In this document: one piece after another, positions 47,905 through 59,545 of the stretch
Layout: each line of letters begins with the position of its first letter
How positions within the stretch are numbered: the first letter of the stretch is position 1
Assembly: GCF_009914755.1 (NCBI RefSeq)
Contig: NC_060928.1
DNA: 64,000 nt
Source of the DNA: the human T2T-CHM13v2.0 reference genome, Homo sapiens
Reading direction: 5' to 3' (one strand)
The notes under the pieces: model-generated
Told to the model about the DNA's origin: nothing
Seen by the model: only the letters and a program-made list of their open reading frames with translations
Database searches by the model: none
Program-made: the position numbers and the translations under genes

Positions 47905-48305
47905 GGATTGAGATTATCCTGGGGAGGTGTGCTTCAATCGAAAGAGCCTTTGAAAGGGTTTGGCTCTTCTTGAAGGAAGAGGTTCAAAATGCGAAATCTC
48001 TCCTGCTGGCCTTGAAGAAGCGAATAGCCATTTTGCGAACTGTCTATGAGAGGTAGTTATATAGTAAGGACCTCAGAGTGGCTCGCAGGTCAAAGATAAG
48101 AAAGGAGACAGTTTCAAGAAGAATAGACAAGATAAGCTCTGATGTTGGAGCTCTGATCGTGTATCTAGGAGCTCAGAGCCGTTCCTGATAGATATTTAGC
48201 AAGAAAATGGGAGCTCAGTCATACAACCATAAGGACATAAAATCTTCCAAACATCTGGGATGTGTTTAGAAGCATATTCTTACCTAGTTGAGTCTCCAGA
48301 TTGAG
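47905..48305 (+). mobile_element. MLT1E/F-like LTR fragment
   Basis: GAGATTATCCTGG...CCTGCTGGCCTTGAAGAAG...CAGTCATACAACC...AGTTGAGTCTCCAGAT. Confidence 0.72.
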
Positions 48306-48380
48306 CAGATTGAGTCTCCATATATACCCTCCAGATGAGGGTATATATAAATACCCTAGTTGAGTCTTCAGATTAGGTAC

Positions 48381-48391
48381 ATATATATATA

Positions 48392-48432
<41 letters not shown>
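48381..48432. repeat. (TA)n(CA)n microsatellite
   Basis: Direct observation. Confidence 0.95.
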
Positions 48433-48434
<2 letters not shown>

Positions 48435-48504
48435 CTCCAGATGAGGGTATAAATAATATATTTAATATTATATTATTAATTTTAGTTAATTAATAAATAT
48501 AAAA

Positions 48505-48925
48505 TATTATACAATATATAAATATACAACATATAATATTTATATATAAATATACAACATATAATATTTATATATAAATATACAACATATAATATTTATA
48601 TATAAATATACAACATATAATATTTATATATAAATATACAACATATAATATTTATATATAAATATATAATATATGACATATAATATTTATATATAAATAT
48701 ATAATATATGACATATAATATTTATATATAAATATATAATATATAACATATAATATATATATAAATATATATAATATATAACATATAATATATATATAAA
48801 TATATATAATATATAACATATAATATATATATAAATATATATAATATATAACATATAATATTTATATATAAATATATATAATATATAATGTATAACATTT
48901 ATATATAAATATATATAATATATAT
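48505..48925. repeat. AT-rich minisatellite
   Basis: 28 bp unit ATATATAAATATACAACATATAATATTT about 5 times, then longer ~36-38 bp variants. Confidence 0.93.
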
Positions 48926-49241
48926 TTAATCAGCCAGACTATGATATCTGTATAGCCGTATTCTGTTTTTCCACAAAATCATTTAGTTACCTAGAGGTGA
49001 GAACAAAGTGTTTCATCTAACTTGCAATTATTCTAGGAAAGGTTGGTGGAAGAAAAGAAGGAGAAAGGATGAGATGACAAAAAAGTTTAAAATATTGGCA
49101 AGAGAAAGATTTAGGTAATGGGACAAAAAGAGCAATTATTTTCAATTTATGAGAGTATGGTGGTGCAATATTCTCTGTGCCTGGGTGTCTTAATCTACAT
49201 AATGAATCAATAATAGTAGTGGCCTCACAGGGTTGTAAATC

Positions 49242-49540
<299 letters not shown>

Positions 49541-50672
49541 AAATTCCTTTTTAATCTCTATAAACCATACACAACAGTGCCTGCCCTGTGTTGGGTAGTA
49601 GTAAAAGAAGAAGTTATAGAGTAACAGCATTATAAATTGGATGATAAAGGAAGATAAGGTCAGTGCTCACATTAGAAAATAAAAATCAAGGGGCTACAAG
49701 AAAGCAGAAGGTCAAAGAGCAAAAAATGTGGTAGGAGTTAAAAAAATGAGAGAGATTAAGGAGATAGTAGTCAATGTGTAATGTTGGATTTATAATTGGA
49801 AAGAAGAGTACATGTAAGTGAACTTAAAACACACATACAGATGAATACCACATGCACACAAATGTATTCATCAGAAAATGTGTATATCAAGAAAATGTCA
49901 TACGTCATATACATTTACCAACTAGGTAACCCAATTTTTCATGAAATATTTATGCAAAAGGGATGAATATGGGATAGGTGAGAATATAATGAATATATAG
50001 TTAACAGAATTGATAGTTTTCTAAATAATCTCCTAAATAAAAGACATTTCAGCTGTGATAGGGTCTCTGGTAGCATGTTTAGGAATCCTTTTTTAAAATG
50101 TATTAATCATATATGCATCGTGGTTGGTGGATTTGTTATGTACTTAACATGGAGAAATATCTAGGTATGTGGCATAAGGAAAGATATAAAATATTTTTAT
50201 GGCAATATTTACCTACTTATCCTTATAGAGCCCAATAGAGAAAGAAACATACTCTATTATCGTATTTTCAGTGTTTGCTTACAAAGGTGTTTCTCAGTCA
50301 AACTCTTGGATTCACTGAAAGAGAATAGTTCACGAGGCACTTTAAAGAAAGTATGCTTATGTAGCTGCATATATAAACCTATGTCATACGAACCAATGGA
50401 GAAAGAAACATGTTCTAATAACATATTATTAATTATTGCTTAAAAAGCTGTTTATTTGTCAAACTCATCCATTCATTGAGAGAAAACTGTTTATGATGCC
50501 TCTTTTTAAAAAGCATGCTTACATTGGCTTTTTATTGCTTGAATTCTCAACTTGTCCTCATAAAGCCCAATGAAGAAACAAATAAAATTTCTTCTGATAA
50601 AATATTCTCAATGTTTTCTTAATGATATATATACAAATATTCTTATTTATTTATCTTTTGTATTATAGTTTA

Positions 50673-51229
50673 ACTTTTTTATTATACTTTAAGTTCATAT
50701 ATACATATGTCATGGTGGTTTGCTGCACCCATCAACCCATCATCTGCATTAGGTATTTCTCCTGATGCTATCCCTCCCCTAGCCCCCGACCCCTTGCCAG
50801 GCCCCTATGTGGGATGTTCACCTCCCATGTCCATGTGTTCTCATTGTTCAACTCCCACTTATGAGTGAGAACATGTGGTGTTTGGTTTTCTGTTCCTGTG
50901 TTAGTTTGCTGAGAATGATGGTTTCCAAATTCATCCATGTCCCTGCAAAAGACATGAACTCATTCTTTTTTATGGCTGCATAGTCTCATTTTCTTTATCC
51001 AGTCTAACATTGATGGGCATTTGGGTTGGTTCCAAGTCTTTGCTATTGTGAATAGTGCTGCAATAAACATACGTGTGCATGTGTCTTTATAGTAGAACGA
51101 TTTGTAATCCTTTGGGTATATACCCAGTAATGGGATTGCTGGGTCAAACGGTATTTCTGATTCTAGATCCTTGTGGAATTGTCACACTGTCTTCCACAAT
51201 GGTTGAACTAATTTACGCTACCACCAACG
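50673..51229 (-). mobile_element. 5'-truncated L1PA (PA5-7-like)
   Basis: TTATTATACTTTAAGTTC...CATGGTGGTTTGCTGCACCCATCAAC...CTTCCACAATGGTTGAACTAATTTAC; small internal deletions. Confidence 0.92.
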
Positions 51230-51611
51230 GATATTTTTAAACTGAAATAATTATACTTAATTTGTTAAGTTTAATGCTTTGTTTCAGGCACTGAAAATCT
51301 TTATGAAAGAATAAGGTACTAATGTATCTTTTTTTCTCAAAGAGGCCACTTTGCTTTGTAATTCCTCTCAGCAAAAAGAGCAACAAATTACTTCACCCTT
51401 AGAAGTTATCTTCCTTTGTTGTAGACGTCCCTTGTTGCTCTTCTCAGATACTGTATTTTTACAAATCAAATATTTGTGGCAAACTTGTCTCAGACAAGCC
51501 TATTGAAGCCATTTTTCTAACAGCATGTGCTCACTTCCTGTTTCTGTGCCACAATTATTCTGATATTCTAAACTATATAATTATTGTCAAATCTATTATG
51601 CTAGAGATCAG

Positions 51612-51923
51612 TTTTTTTGTGTGTGTTTGTTTGTTTGTTTGTTTGACAGAGCCTCTCTCTGTCTCCCAGTCTGGAGTTCATTGGCTCAATCTTGGCTACT
51701 GCAACCTCTGCCACCCAGGTTCAAGGGATTCTGCCACCTCAGCCTCCCAAGCAGCTGGGATTACAGGTGCACACCACCATGCTAGGCTAATTTTTGTGTT
51801 TTTAGTAGAGATGGGGTTCCACCATGTTTGCTAGGCTGGTCTCAAACTCCTGACCTCAAGTGATCCACCCACCTCAGCCTCCCAAAGTGCTGGGATTACA
51901 GGCATGAGCTACTGCACCCGGGC
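51612..51923 (-). mobile_element. AluSx/Sz inside Tigger1
   Basis: Antisense dimer with (GTTT)n tail; flanking GATCAG repeat. Confidence 0.93.
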
Positions 51924-52237
51924 GATCAGAGATTTTTGATGTTAAGATTGTAATTGTTTTGAGGTGCCATGAACTGTGCCGGTGGAAGATGACAAACTTT
52001 ATTGATAAATATTGTGCATTCTGACTGCTCCACTGACTGGCTGTTTCTGTCTTTCTCCCTCTCCTTGAGCCTTCCTATTCCCTGAGACACAACAATATTG
52101 AAATTATGCCAACTAGTAACTCTACAGTGGCCTCTAAGTGGTCAAGTGGAAGAAAATAAATTACAATTCTCTCACTTTAAATCAAAAGCTAGAAATGTTT
52201 AAGCTTAATGAGGAAGGCATGTCAAAGGCTGAGATAG

Positions 52238-52560
52238 GGCTGGGTGCTCTGGCTCATGCTTGTAATCCCAGCACTTTGGGAGGCCAAGAAGGGCCAATCC
52301 TTGAGCTCAGGAGTTCGAGACAGGTCTGGGCAACATGCCAAAACCCCACCCCCAAAAAAAAAAATTAGCTGGTCATGGTAGTGTGTGACTCTAATCCCAG
52401 CTACTCAGGAGGCTGAGGCAGGAGAATCTCTTGAGCCTGGAAGCTTGAGTTTGCCTAGGATGATCTCGGTTGCTCATGGAGAGATCATGCCATTGCACTC
52501 CAGCTTGGGTGACTGAGAAAGACCCTGTCTCAAAACAAAACAAACAAACAAACAAACAAA
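52238..52560 (+). mobile_element. AluJ-like inside Tigger1
   Basis: CTTGAGCTCAGGAGTTCGAGAC; rearranged segment near 52445-52480; (CAAA)n tail. Confidence 0.88.
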
Positions 52561-54559
52561 GATGAGACAGGCTGAAAACTAGGCTTCTTGAAGCAAACCA
52601 TTAGTCAAGTTGTGAATGCAAAAGAAAAGTTTTTGAAGGAAATTAAAGAACTACTCTATTGAACTCATGAATGATACGAAAGTGAAATATCCTTGTTACT
52701 GATATGGAGAATGTTCTGGTGGTCTAGATAGATTAAACCAGCCACAACCTTCCCTTAAGCATTAAACCTAATCCAGAGCAAAGCCCTAACTGTCTTCAAT
52801 TGTCTTAAGGCAGAGAGAGTTGAGGAAGCTGCAGGAGAGAAATTTGAAGCCAGCAGAGGTAGGTTCATGAGGTTTAAGGAAAAAAGCCATCTCTGTAACA
52901 TAAAAGTGCAATGTAAAGCAGTAACTGCTGATGTAGAAGCTCCACAATTTATCCAGAAGATCTGGCTAAGATTATTGATTAAAATAAACACACAAAACAG
53001 ATTTTTCGTGGAGATAAATAGACTTATATTGGAACAAGATGCCGTTGGGGCTTCATAGCTAGAGAAGAAAAGTCAATGCTTGGCTTCAGAGCTTCAAAGG
53101 ACAGACTGATGTTCTTGTTAGGTGCTAATGCAGCTGTTGACTTCAAGTTGAAGCCAATGTGTATTTACCATTCAGAAAATCCTAGGGCCCTTAAGAATTT
53201 TGCTAATTCCATTTGGCTTGTGCTCTAAATGGAATAAAAAGCCTACGTGATGGCACATCTGTTTACAGTATAGTTTACTAAATTTTTTAAGCCCACTATT
53301 GAGACCTACTGCTCAGAAAAAAAAGAGAATGTTTTCAAGATGTTACTGCTCCATTGGCAATGTACCTGTTCACCCAAGAGCTCTAACGGAGGTGTATTGG
53401 AGATTAATGCTGTTTTTCATGCCTGCTAACATAACATCCACTCTACAATTCATGGATCAAGAAGGATTTTTGACTTTCAAGTCTTGTTATTCAAGAAATA
53501 AATTTCACAAGGCTATAGCTGCCATTGATAGTGGTTCCTCTGATGGATCTTAGCAAAGTAAATTAAACACCTCTGGAAAGGATTTACTTTTCTATATTCC
53601 ATCAAGAACATGTGTGATTCATGGGAGGAGGTCAAAATAACATTAACAAGAGTTTGGAAGAACTTTATTCCAACCCTCATGGATGACTTTGAGAAGTTCG
53701 AGACTTTTATGGAAGAAGTAACTGCAGATGTGGTGGAAATAGCAAGAGAACTAGAATTAGAAGTGAAGCCTGATGATACTACTGAAGTGTCTTTTTGTGG
53801 ATGAGGAAAGAGTAATTTTTTTTTGAGACAGAATCTACTCCTAGTGAAAAGGCTGTAAACATTGTTAAAATTACAGCAAATAATTTAGAAGATTACAGAA
53901 ACGTAGGTGATATACAATATCAGGGTTTGCGAGGATTTACTCTAATTTTCAAAGAAGTTATGTTGTGGCTAAAATACTATCAACCAGCATTGCATGATAC
54001 AGATAAATCTTTCATAAAAGAAAAAACTAATTGATGGTGGAAACTTCATAGTTTTCTTAATTTAAAGAAATTGATACAGCAACCCCTATCAGCAATCACC
54101 ACCCCAATCGGTCAGCAGCCATCAATATCAAGACAAGACTTTCTACCAGCAAAAATTAGGACTATTTGAGGCCTCAGATGACTGTTAGTGATTTTTAGCA
54201 GTAAAGTATGTTTTTTAACTATGATATGTACTTCTTTTAGATATCATGCTATTGTGCATTTAATATACTATATTATAGGGTGAATATAGTTTTATATACT
54301 GGTAATCCCCAAAAATTTATTTGACTCACTTTATTGCACTATTTACCCTATTTGGGTGGCCTGGATCTGACTTGTCTTCTCTCCAAGGAATGACTGTAAT
54401 TGCTCTAACCAATGATTATGGTACAAACTATTATGTAGCAATTCTGAAACCAGGCCTCAGAAGACTGTGCAACTTTGAATGTTTACTTTATTTAAATTCT
54501 GTGACTGCTTTGTGCAAAAGTGCTACATGATGACAAAAGTAAGTCCCAGAGCCCACTCG

Positions 54560-54795
54560 TGCACTGTTCTGTAACTTACCAACTGCATGACATGCAAGTA
54601 ACACCACCGTGTATCATCCAAATACCAGCCAACTCACCAGCTAACCACATCCCATGAAGAAGCCCAGCAAAAATTATCTGTGTTGACCTGGACTAGACCA
54701 TCTACCTAGCCAATAAAACACGGTGAGCTAAATAAACATCTGTTACCTTAGGCCTCTAAGTTTTGAAATTACATGCACATATATAACAATGCAAT
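54560..54795 (+). mobile_element. Old MLT1 LTR 3' fragment
   Basis: AGCCCAGC...GTGAGCTAAATAAACATCTGTT...CTCTAAGTTTTG. Confidence 0.5.
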
Positions 54796-55293
54796 GAGAA
54801 AAAAACTCTTAATATTTTGATTACATACTCAGTACAAATCACTGAAATGATAACTGTGCCTAACCGCAGAAACAAAATAAAGACAATGACAATTTTTCTT
54901 AGACTGCATTAATTGAAATAGACTTTCCAAAACAGTGATAATAATTATTCTTGGCTGCATTTTTATGGCCATATTACAGACAGAAATTACTATTCATTTC
55001 AGGTGCAACATTTATTAGAAAAGTTAATTTGCTACTGCATATGCAAAAGAAGGTAGCCAGGATTATACTCAGGAGACACCATGATTCATTTCTTCTACAG
55101 CCTGGAGACAAGAAAACCCAAGAGAAAACTAAAGACCATCTCCAAATACCTTGGATTTAATATGTCATGGATAATTGAATTTATATTGTGTATCACTCTC
55201 AAATGCAGAAAACAGATCAGAACATACATGTTTAGGGGTTAATAATCAGAAGTTTAATCTAAACAGAAACATTCTGATGATTAAAATTCAAAA

Positions 55294-58203
55294 GGGTATT
55301 TTGTTGGGAATTGCACTGAAATTGTAGATTGCTTTTGGCAGTATAGTCATTTTAACAATATTGATTCTACCCATCCATGAGCCTGGGATGTGTTTACATT
55401 TGTTTGTGTCATCTATGATTTCTTTCAGTGCTGTTTTGTAGTTTTCCTTGTAGAGGTCTTTCACCTCCCTAGTTAGGTATATTCCTAAGTATTTTATTTT
55501 ATTTTTTTATTTTATTTTGCAGCTATTGTAAAAGGGGTTGAGTTCTTTATTTGATTCTCAGCTTGGTCGCTGTTGGTGTATAGAAGAGCTACTGATTTGT
55601 GAACATTAATATTGTATCTTGAATCTTTGCTGAATTCATTTATCAGTTCTAAGAGCTTTTTGGAAATGCCTTTAGGGTTTTCTAGGTATAGGATCATATC
55701 ATCAGCTAACATCTGACTTCCTCTTTATTGATTTGGATGCTCTTTCTTCCTTTTCTTATCTGATTGCTCTGGCTAGGACTTCCAGTACTAAGTTAAATAG
55801 AAATAGTGAAAGTGGGAATCCTTGTCTTGTTTCAGTTCTCAGGGAGAATGCTTTCAACTTTTCCCCATTCAGTGTAATGTTAGCTGTGGGTTTGTCATAG
55901 ATAGCTTTTATTATGTTACGTGATGTTCCTTCTATGCCTGTTTTACTGAAGGTTTTAATTATAAAGCGATGCTTGATTTTGTCAAATGCTTTTTCTGCAT
56001 CTATTGAGATTATCATGTGATTTTTATTTTTAATTCTGTTTATGAGGTGTATCACATTTATTGACTAAGTTATGTCAAACCATCCCTGCATTCCCAGTAT
56101 GAAACCACCTCGATCATGGTGGATTATCATTTTGATATGCTGTTGAATTCAGTGAGCTAGTATTTTGTTAAGGATTTTTGCATCTATGTTCATCAGAGAT
56201 ATTGGTCTGTAGTTTTTTGTTATTGTTGTTGTTTTATCCTTCCCTGGGTTTGATATTAGGGTGATAATGGTTTTACAGAATGATTTAGACAGGATTTTCT
56301 CTTACTGTGGAATAGTGTCGATAGGATTGCTACCAATTCTTCTCTGAATGTCTGACAGAATTCAGCTGTGAATCCATCTGTTCCTGGACTTTGTTTTTGT
56401 TGGCAATTTTTTTTTAATTATCACTTCAATCTTGCTGCTTGTTATTGGTCTATTAGGTGTTTCTTTTTCTTCCTGGTTTAATCTAAGATGTTTGTATATT
56501 TCCAGGAATTTATCCATCTTCTGTAGGTTTTCTAGCTATGCACACAAGGTGTGTTCATAGTAGACTTGGATGAACTTTTGTATTTCTGTGGTATCAGTTG
56601 TAATATCTCCTGTTTTGTTTCTAATTTAGCTTATTTGAATCTTCTCTCTTCTTTTCTTGGTTAACCTCACTAATGGCCTATCAATTTTATTTATCTTTTC
56701 AAAGAACCAGGTTTTTGTTTCATTTTATTTTGTATTGTTTTTATTTTTGTTGTTGTTTCAGTTTCATTTACTTCTGCTCTGATCTTTTTTATTTCTTTTC
56801 TTCTGCTCGGTTTGGGTGTAGTTTATTCTTGTTTCTCTAGTTCCTGCAATGTGTGACCTTAAATTGTCTATTTGTGCTCTTTCAGACTTTTTGATGTAGG
56901 CATTTAAGGCTGTAAACTTTCCTCTTAGTGCTGCTTTTACTCTATCCCAGAAGTTTTGATAGGTTTTGTTACTGTTATTGTTCAGCTCAAAGAATTTTTA
57001 AATTTCCATCTTGATTTCATTGTTGACCCAGTGATCATTCAGGAGCAGGTTATTTAATTTCCATGCATTTGCATGGTTTTGAAGGTTCCTTTTGGAGATA
57101 ATTTCCAATTTTATTCCACTGTGATCTGAGAGAGTACTTGATATAATTTGTTTTCTTAAATATATTGAGGCTTGCTTTGGGGCCTATCATACGGTCTGTC
57201 TTGGAGAATGTTCCATGTGCTGATGTATAGAATATATATTCTGAAGTACCTGAGCAGAATGTCACCACAGTTCTTCAAAGAACTAGAAAAATAATCCTAA
57301 AATTCATATGGAACCAAAAAAAGCCTACATAGGTAAAGCAGGACTAAGCAGAAGAGCAAATCTGGAGGCATCACATTACTCAACTTCAAACTGTACTATA
57401 AGGTTATAGTCAACAAAACAGCATGGTACTATATAAAAATAAGCACATAGACCAATGGAACAGAATAGAGAACCCAGAAATAAAGCCAAATACTTACAGC
57501 CAATTGATCTTCAACAAACCAAACAAAAACATAAAGTGGAGAAAAGACACCCTATTTGACAAATGGTGCCGGGATAATTGGCAAGCTACATGTAGAAGAA
57601 TGAAACTGGATCCTCATCTCTCACCTTATACAAAAATCAAATAAAGATAGCTCAAAGACTTAAATCTAATATCTGAAGCCATAAAAATTCTAGAAGATAA
57701 CATTGGAAAAAAACCCTTTTAGACATTGGCTCAGGAAAAGACTTCATGACCAAGAACACCCCAAAAGAAAATGCAACATAAAGAAAGATAAATATGTAGG
57801 ACTCATTTAACCTAAAAAGCTTCTTCACAGTAAAATGAATAATCAGCAGAATTAACAGACAATCCACAGAGCAGGAGAAAATCTTTGCAGTCTGTCCATC
57901 CAACTAATATCAAGGATCTACAAGGATCTCAAATAAATCAACAAGGAAAAAAAAATCTCATCAAGAAGTGGGCTAAAGACGTGAGTAGGCAATTCTCAAA
58001 AGAAGACATACAAATGGCCAACAAACATATGAAAAAAATGCTCAACATCACTAATGATCAGAGGAATGTAAATCAAAACCACATTGTGATACCACCTTAC
58101 TCCTGCAAAAATGGCCGTAATTAAAAAATCAAAAAAATAATAGATGTTGGCATGGATGTGCTGAAAATGGGACACTTTTACACTGCTGGTGGGAATGTGT
58201 GTG

Positions 58204-58249
<46 letters not shown>

Positions 58250-58772
58250 TATACATATATATACATGTATATACACATATATATACATATATGTATACAC
58301 ATATATATATGTATACATATATATATATACATACCATGGAATACTACTCAGCTATAAAAAGGAATGAAATAATGACATACTCAGCAACCTGGATGGAATT
58401 GGAGATCATTATTCTAAGTGAAGTAACTCAGGAATGGAAAAACAAACGTCATATGTTCTCACTCAAAATTGGGAGCTAAGCTATGAAGATAGAAAGGCAT
58501 GAGATTGATATAATGGACTTTGGGGACTCAGGGAAATGGGGGAAGGAGGTGAGGGATAAAAGACTATTCATTGGGTATGGTGTACACTTATCAGGTGATG
58601 GGTGCACGAAAATCTCTGAAATCACTACTGAAGAACTTATTCATGTGACCAAATACCACCTGTGGGTATGTGCTTCTCATTGGCCACAGAACCCACATAA
58701 GAACACTCAAACATCAAATAAGTTGGGAGGCAAACACCAAGAACCTATTGAAATAATAAAAAAAAGAAAATA
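55294..58772 (+). mobile_element. L1PB(1-like) with ~2 kb 5' inversion
   Basis: Antisense ORF2 55294-57261 ([26 protein letters not shown]), sense ORF2 and 3' UTR 57262-58772; PB-type 3' UTR GGACTTTGGGGACTC...GAAATCACTACTGAAGAACTTA. Confidence 0.93.
58196..58332. repeat. (TA/CA)n low-complexity tract within the L1
   Basis: Direct observation; coincides with a deletion of L1 sequence. Confidence 0.93.
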
Positions 58773-58834
58773 AGACTTTTCTACCAGAATGTTACAACTG
58801 CTAAATTATGAAATTATATGAGAATAAAATTTTA

Positions 58835-59025
58835 AAATAATAAAGTAGACTAGTTGTTGCCTAGGACTGGTGGGTGGTGGTGATAAGGATGGGGAAAAGT
58901 GTGAAGGGGATGATTGCTAAAAATACAGGGTTTCCCTTTGGGGTGATGAAAATATTCTAGGATTGTGTTTGCACAACTCTGTGAACATGCTAGAAACCAT
59001 TAAATTGTATACTGTAAACAGGCAA
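58835..59025 (+). mobile_element. Old L1MC/ME 3' UTR fragment
   Basis: GTTGCCTAGGACTG...GTTTCCCTTTGGGGTGATGAAAATATTCTA...TGCACAACTCTGTGAA. Confidence 0.75.
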
Positions 59026-59057
59026 ATACAACATTCAAAAGGGAATCAGCTGCACTC

Positions 59058-59296
59058 ACTGATAGCCTTGAGTTTAAAGCTTTGAGTTTAAAGGCCTTGA
59101 GTTTAGCCTTTAAAGGATAAAAAGAGGCATGTTCAAAATCAATTTCCTAATAGTTATACCTATTTACCAAGCATGTAATAACAACTGATAGCCTTGAGTT
59201 TAAAGACCTTGAGTTTAGCCTTTAAAGGATAAAAAGAGGCATGTTCAAATTCAATTTCGTATCAGTTGTATCTATTTACCAAGCGTGTAATAACAA
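59058..59296. repeat. Tandem duplication of about 113-126 bp
   Basis: 59058-59183 versus 59184-59296. Confidence 0.93.
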
Positions 59297-59545
59297 TAGA
59301 TAATATTTAATGGCCTAAGAACCAAAACTCTGCTAGTTCTATGTGCTTATTATCTCATTTTTAAACTCACCACAATGCTATTATATATGAGTCCATATTT
59401 CCCACATTTTAGAGGTGAGGAATGTGAGAGAAGAAAAAGGTTATGTAGTTTACCTAACATTGCACAGCTAGAAATGGCAGATACAACAATCAATCTCATC
59501 TAATAAGACTTCAAATCCCAGGTATTTAAATGGAGCATCACTGTC
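59295..59545 (-). mobile_element. MIR SINE
   Basis: CCACATTTTAGAGGTGAGGAA...CACAGCTAGAAATGGCAGA...GACTTCAAATCCCA. Confidence 0.75.

Larger units (their letters stand above)
51422..54396 (+). mobile_element. Essentially full-length Tigger1 with two Alus; transposase decayed
   Basis: SLTLNQKLEMFKLNEEGMSKAEIG (CENP-B-type HTH), [29 protein letters not shown]; right TIR remnant GGAATGACTG followed by TA. Confidence 0.94.

Noticed and set aside
52138-53804. Domesticated TIGD1-like transposase gene
   Set aside because: ORF is fragmented and interrupted by an Alu
57996-58479. Tyr/Ile-rich ORFs
   Set aside because: Translations of a TA/CA microsatellite
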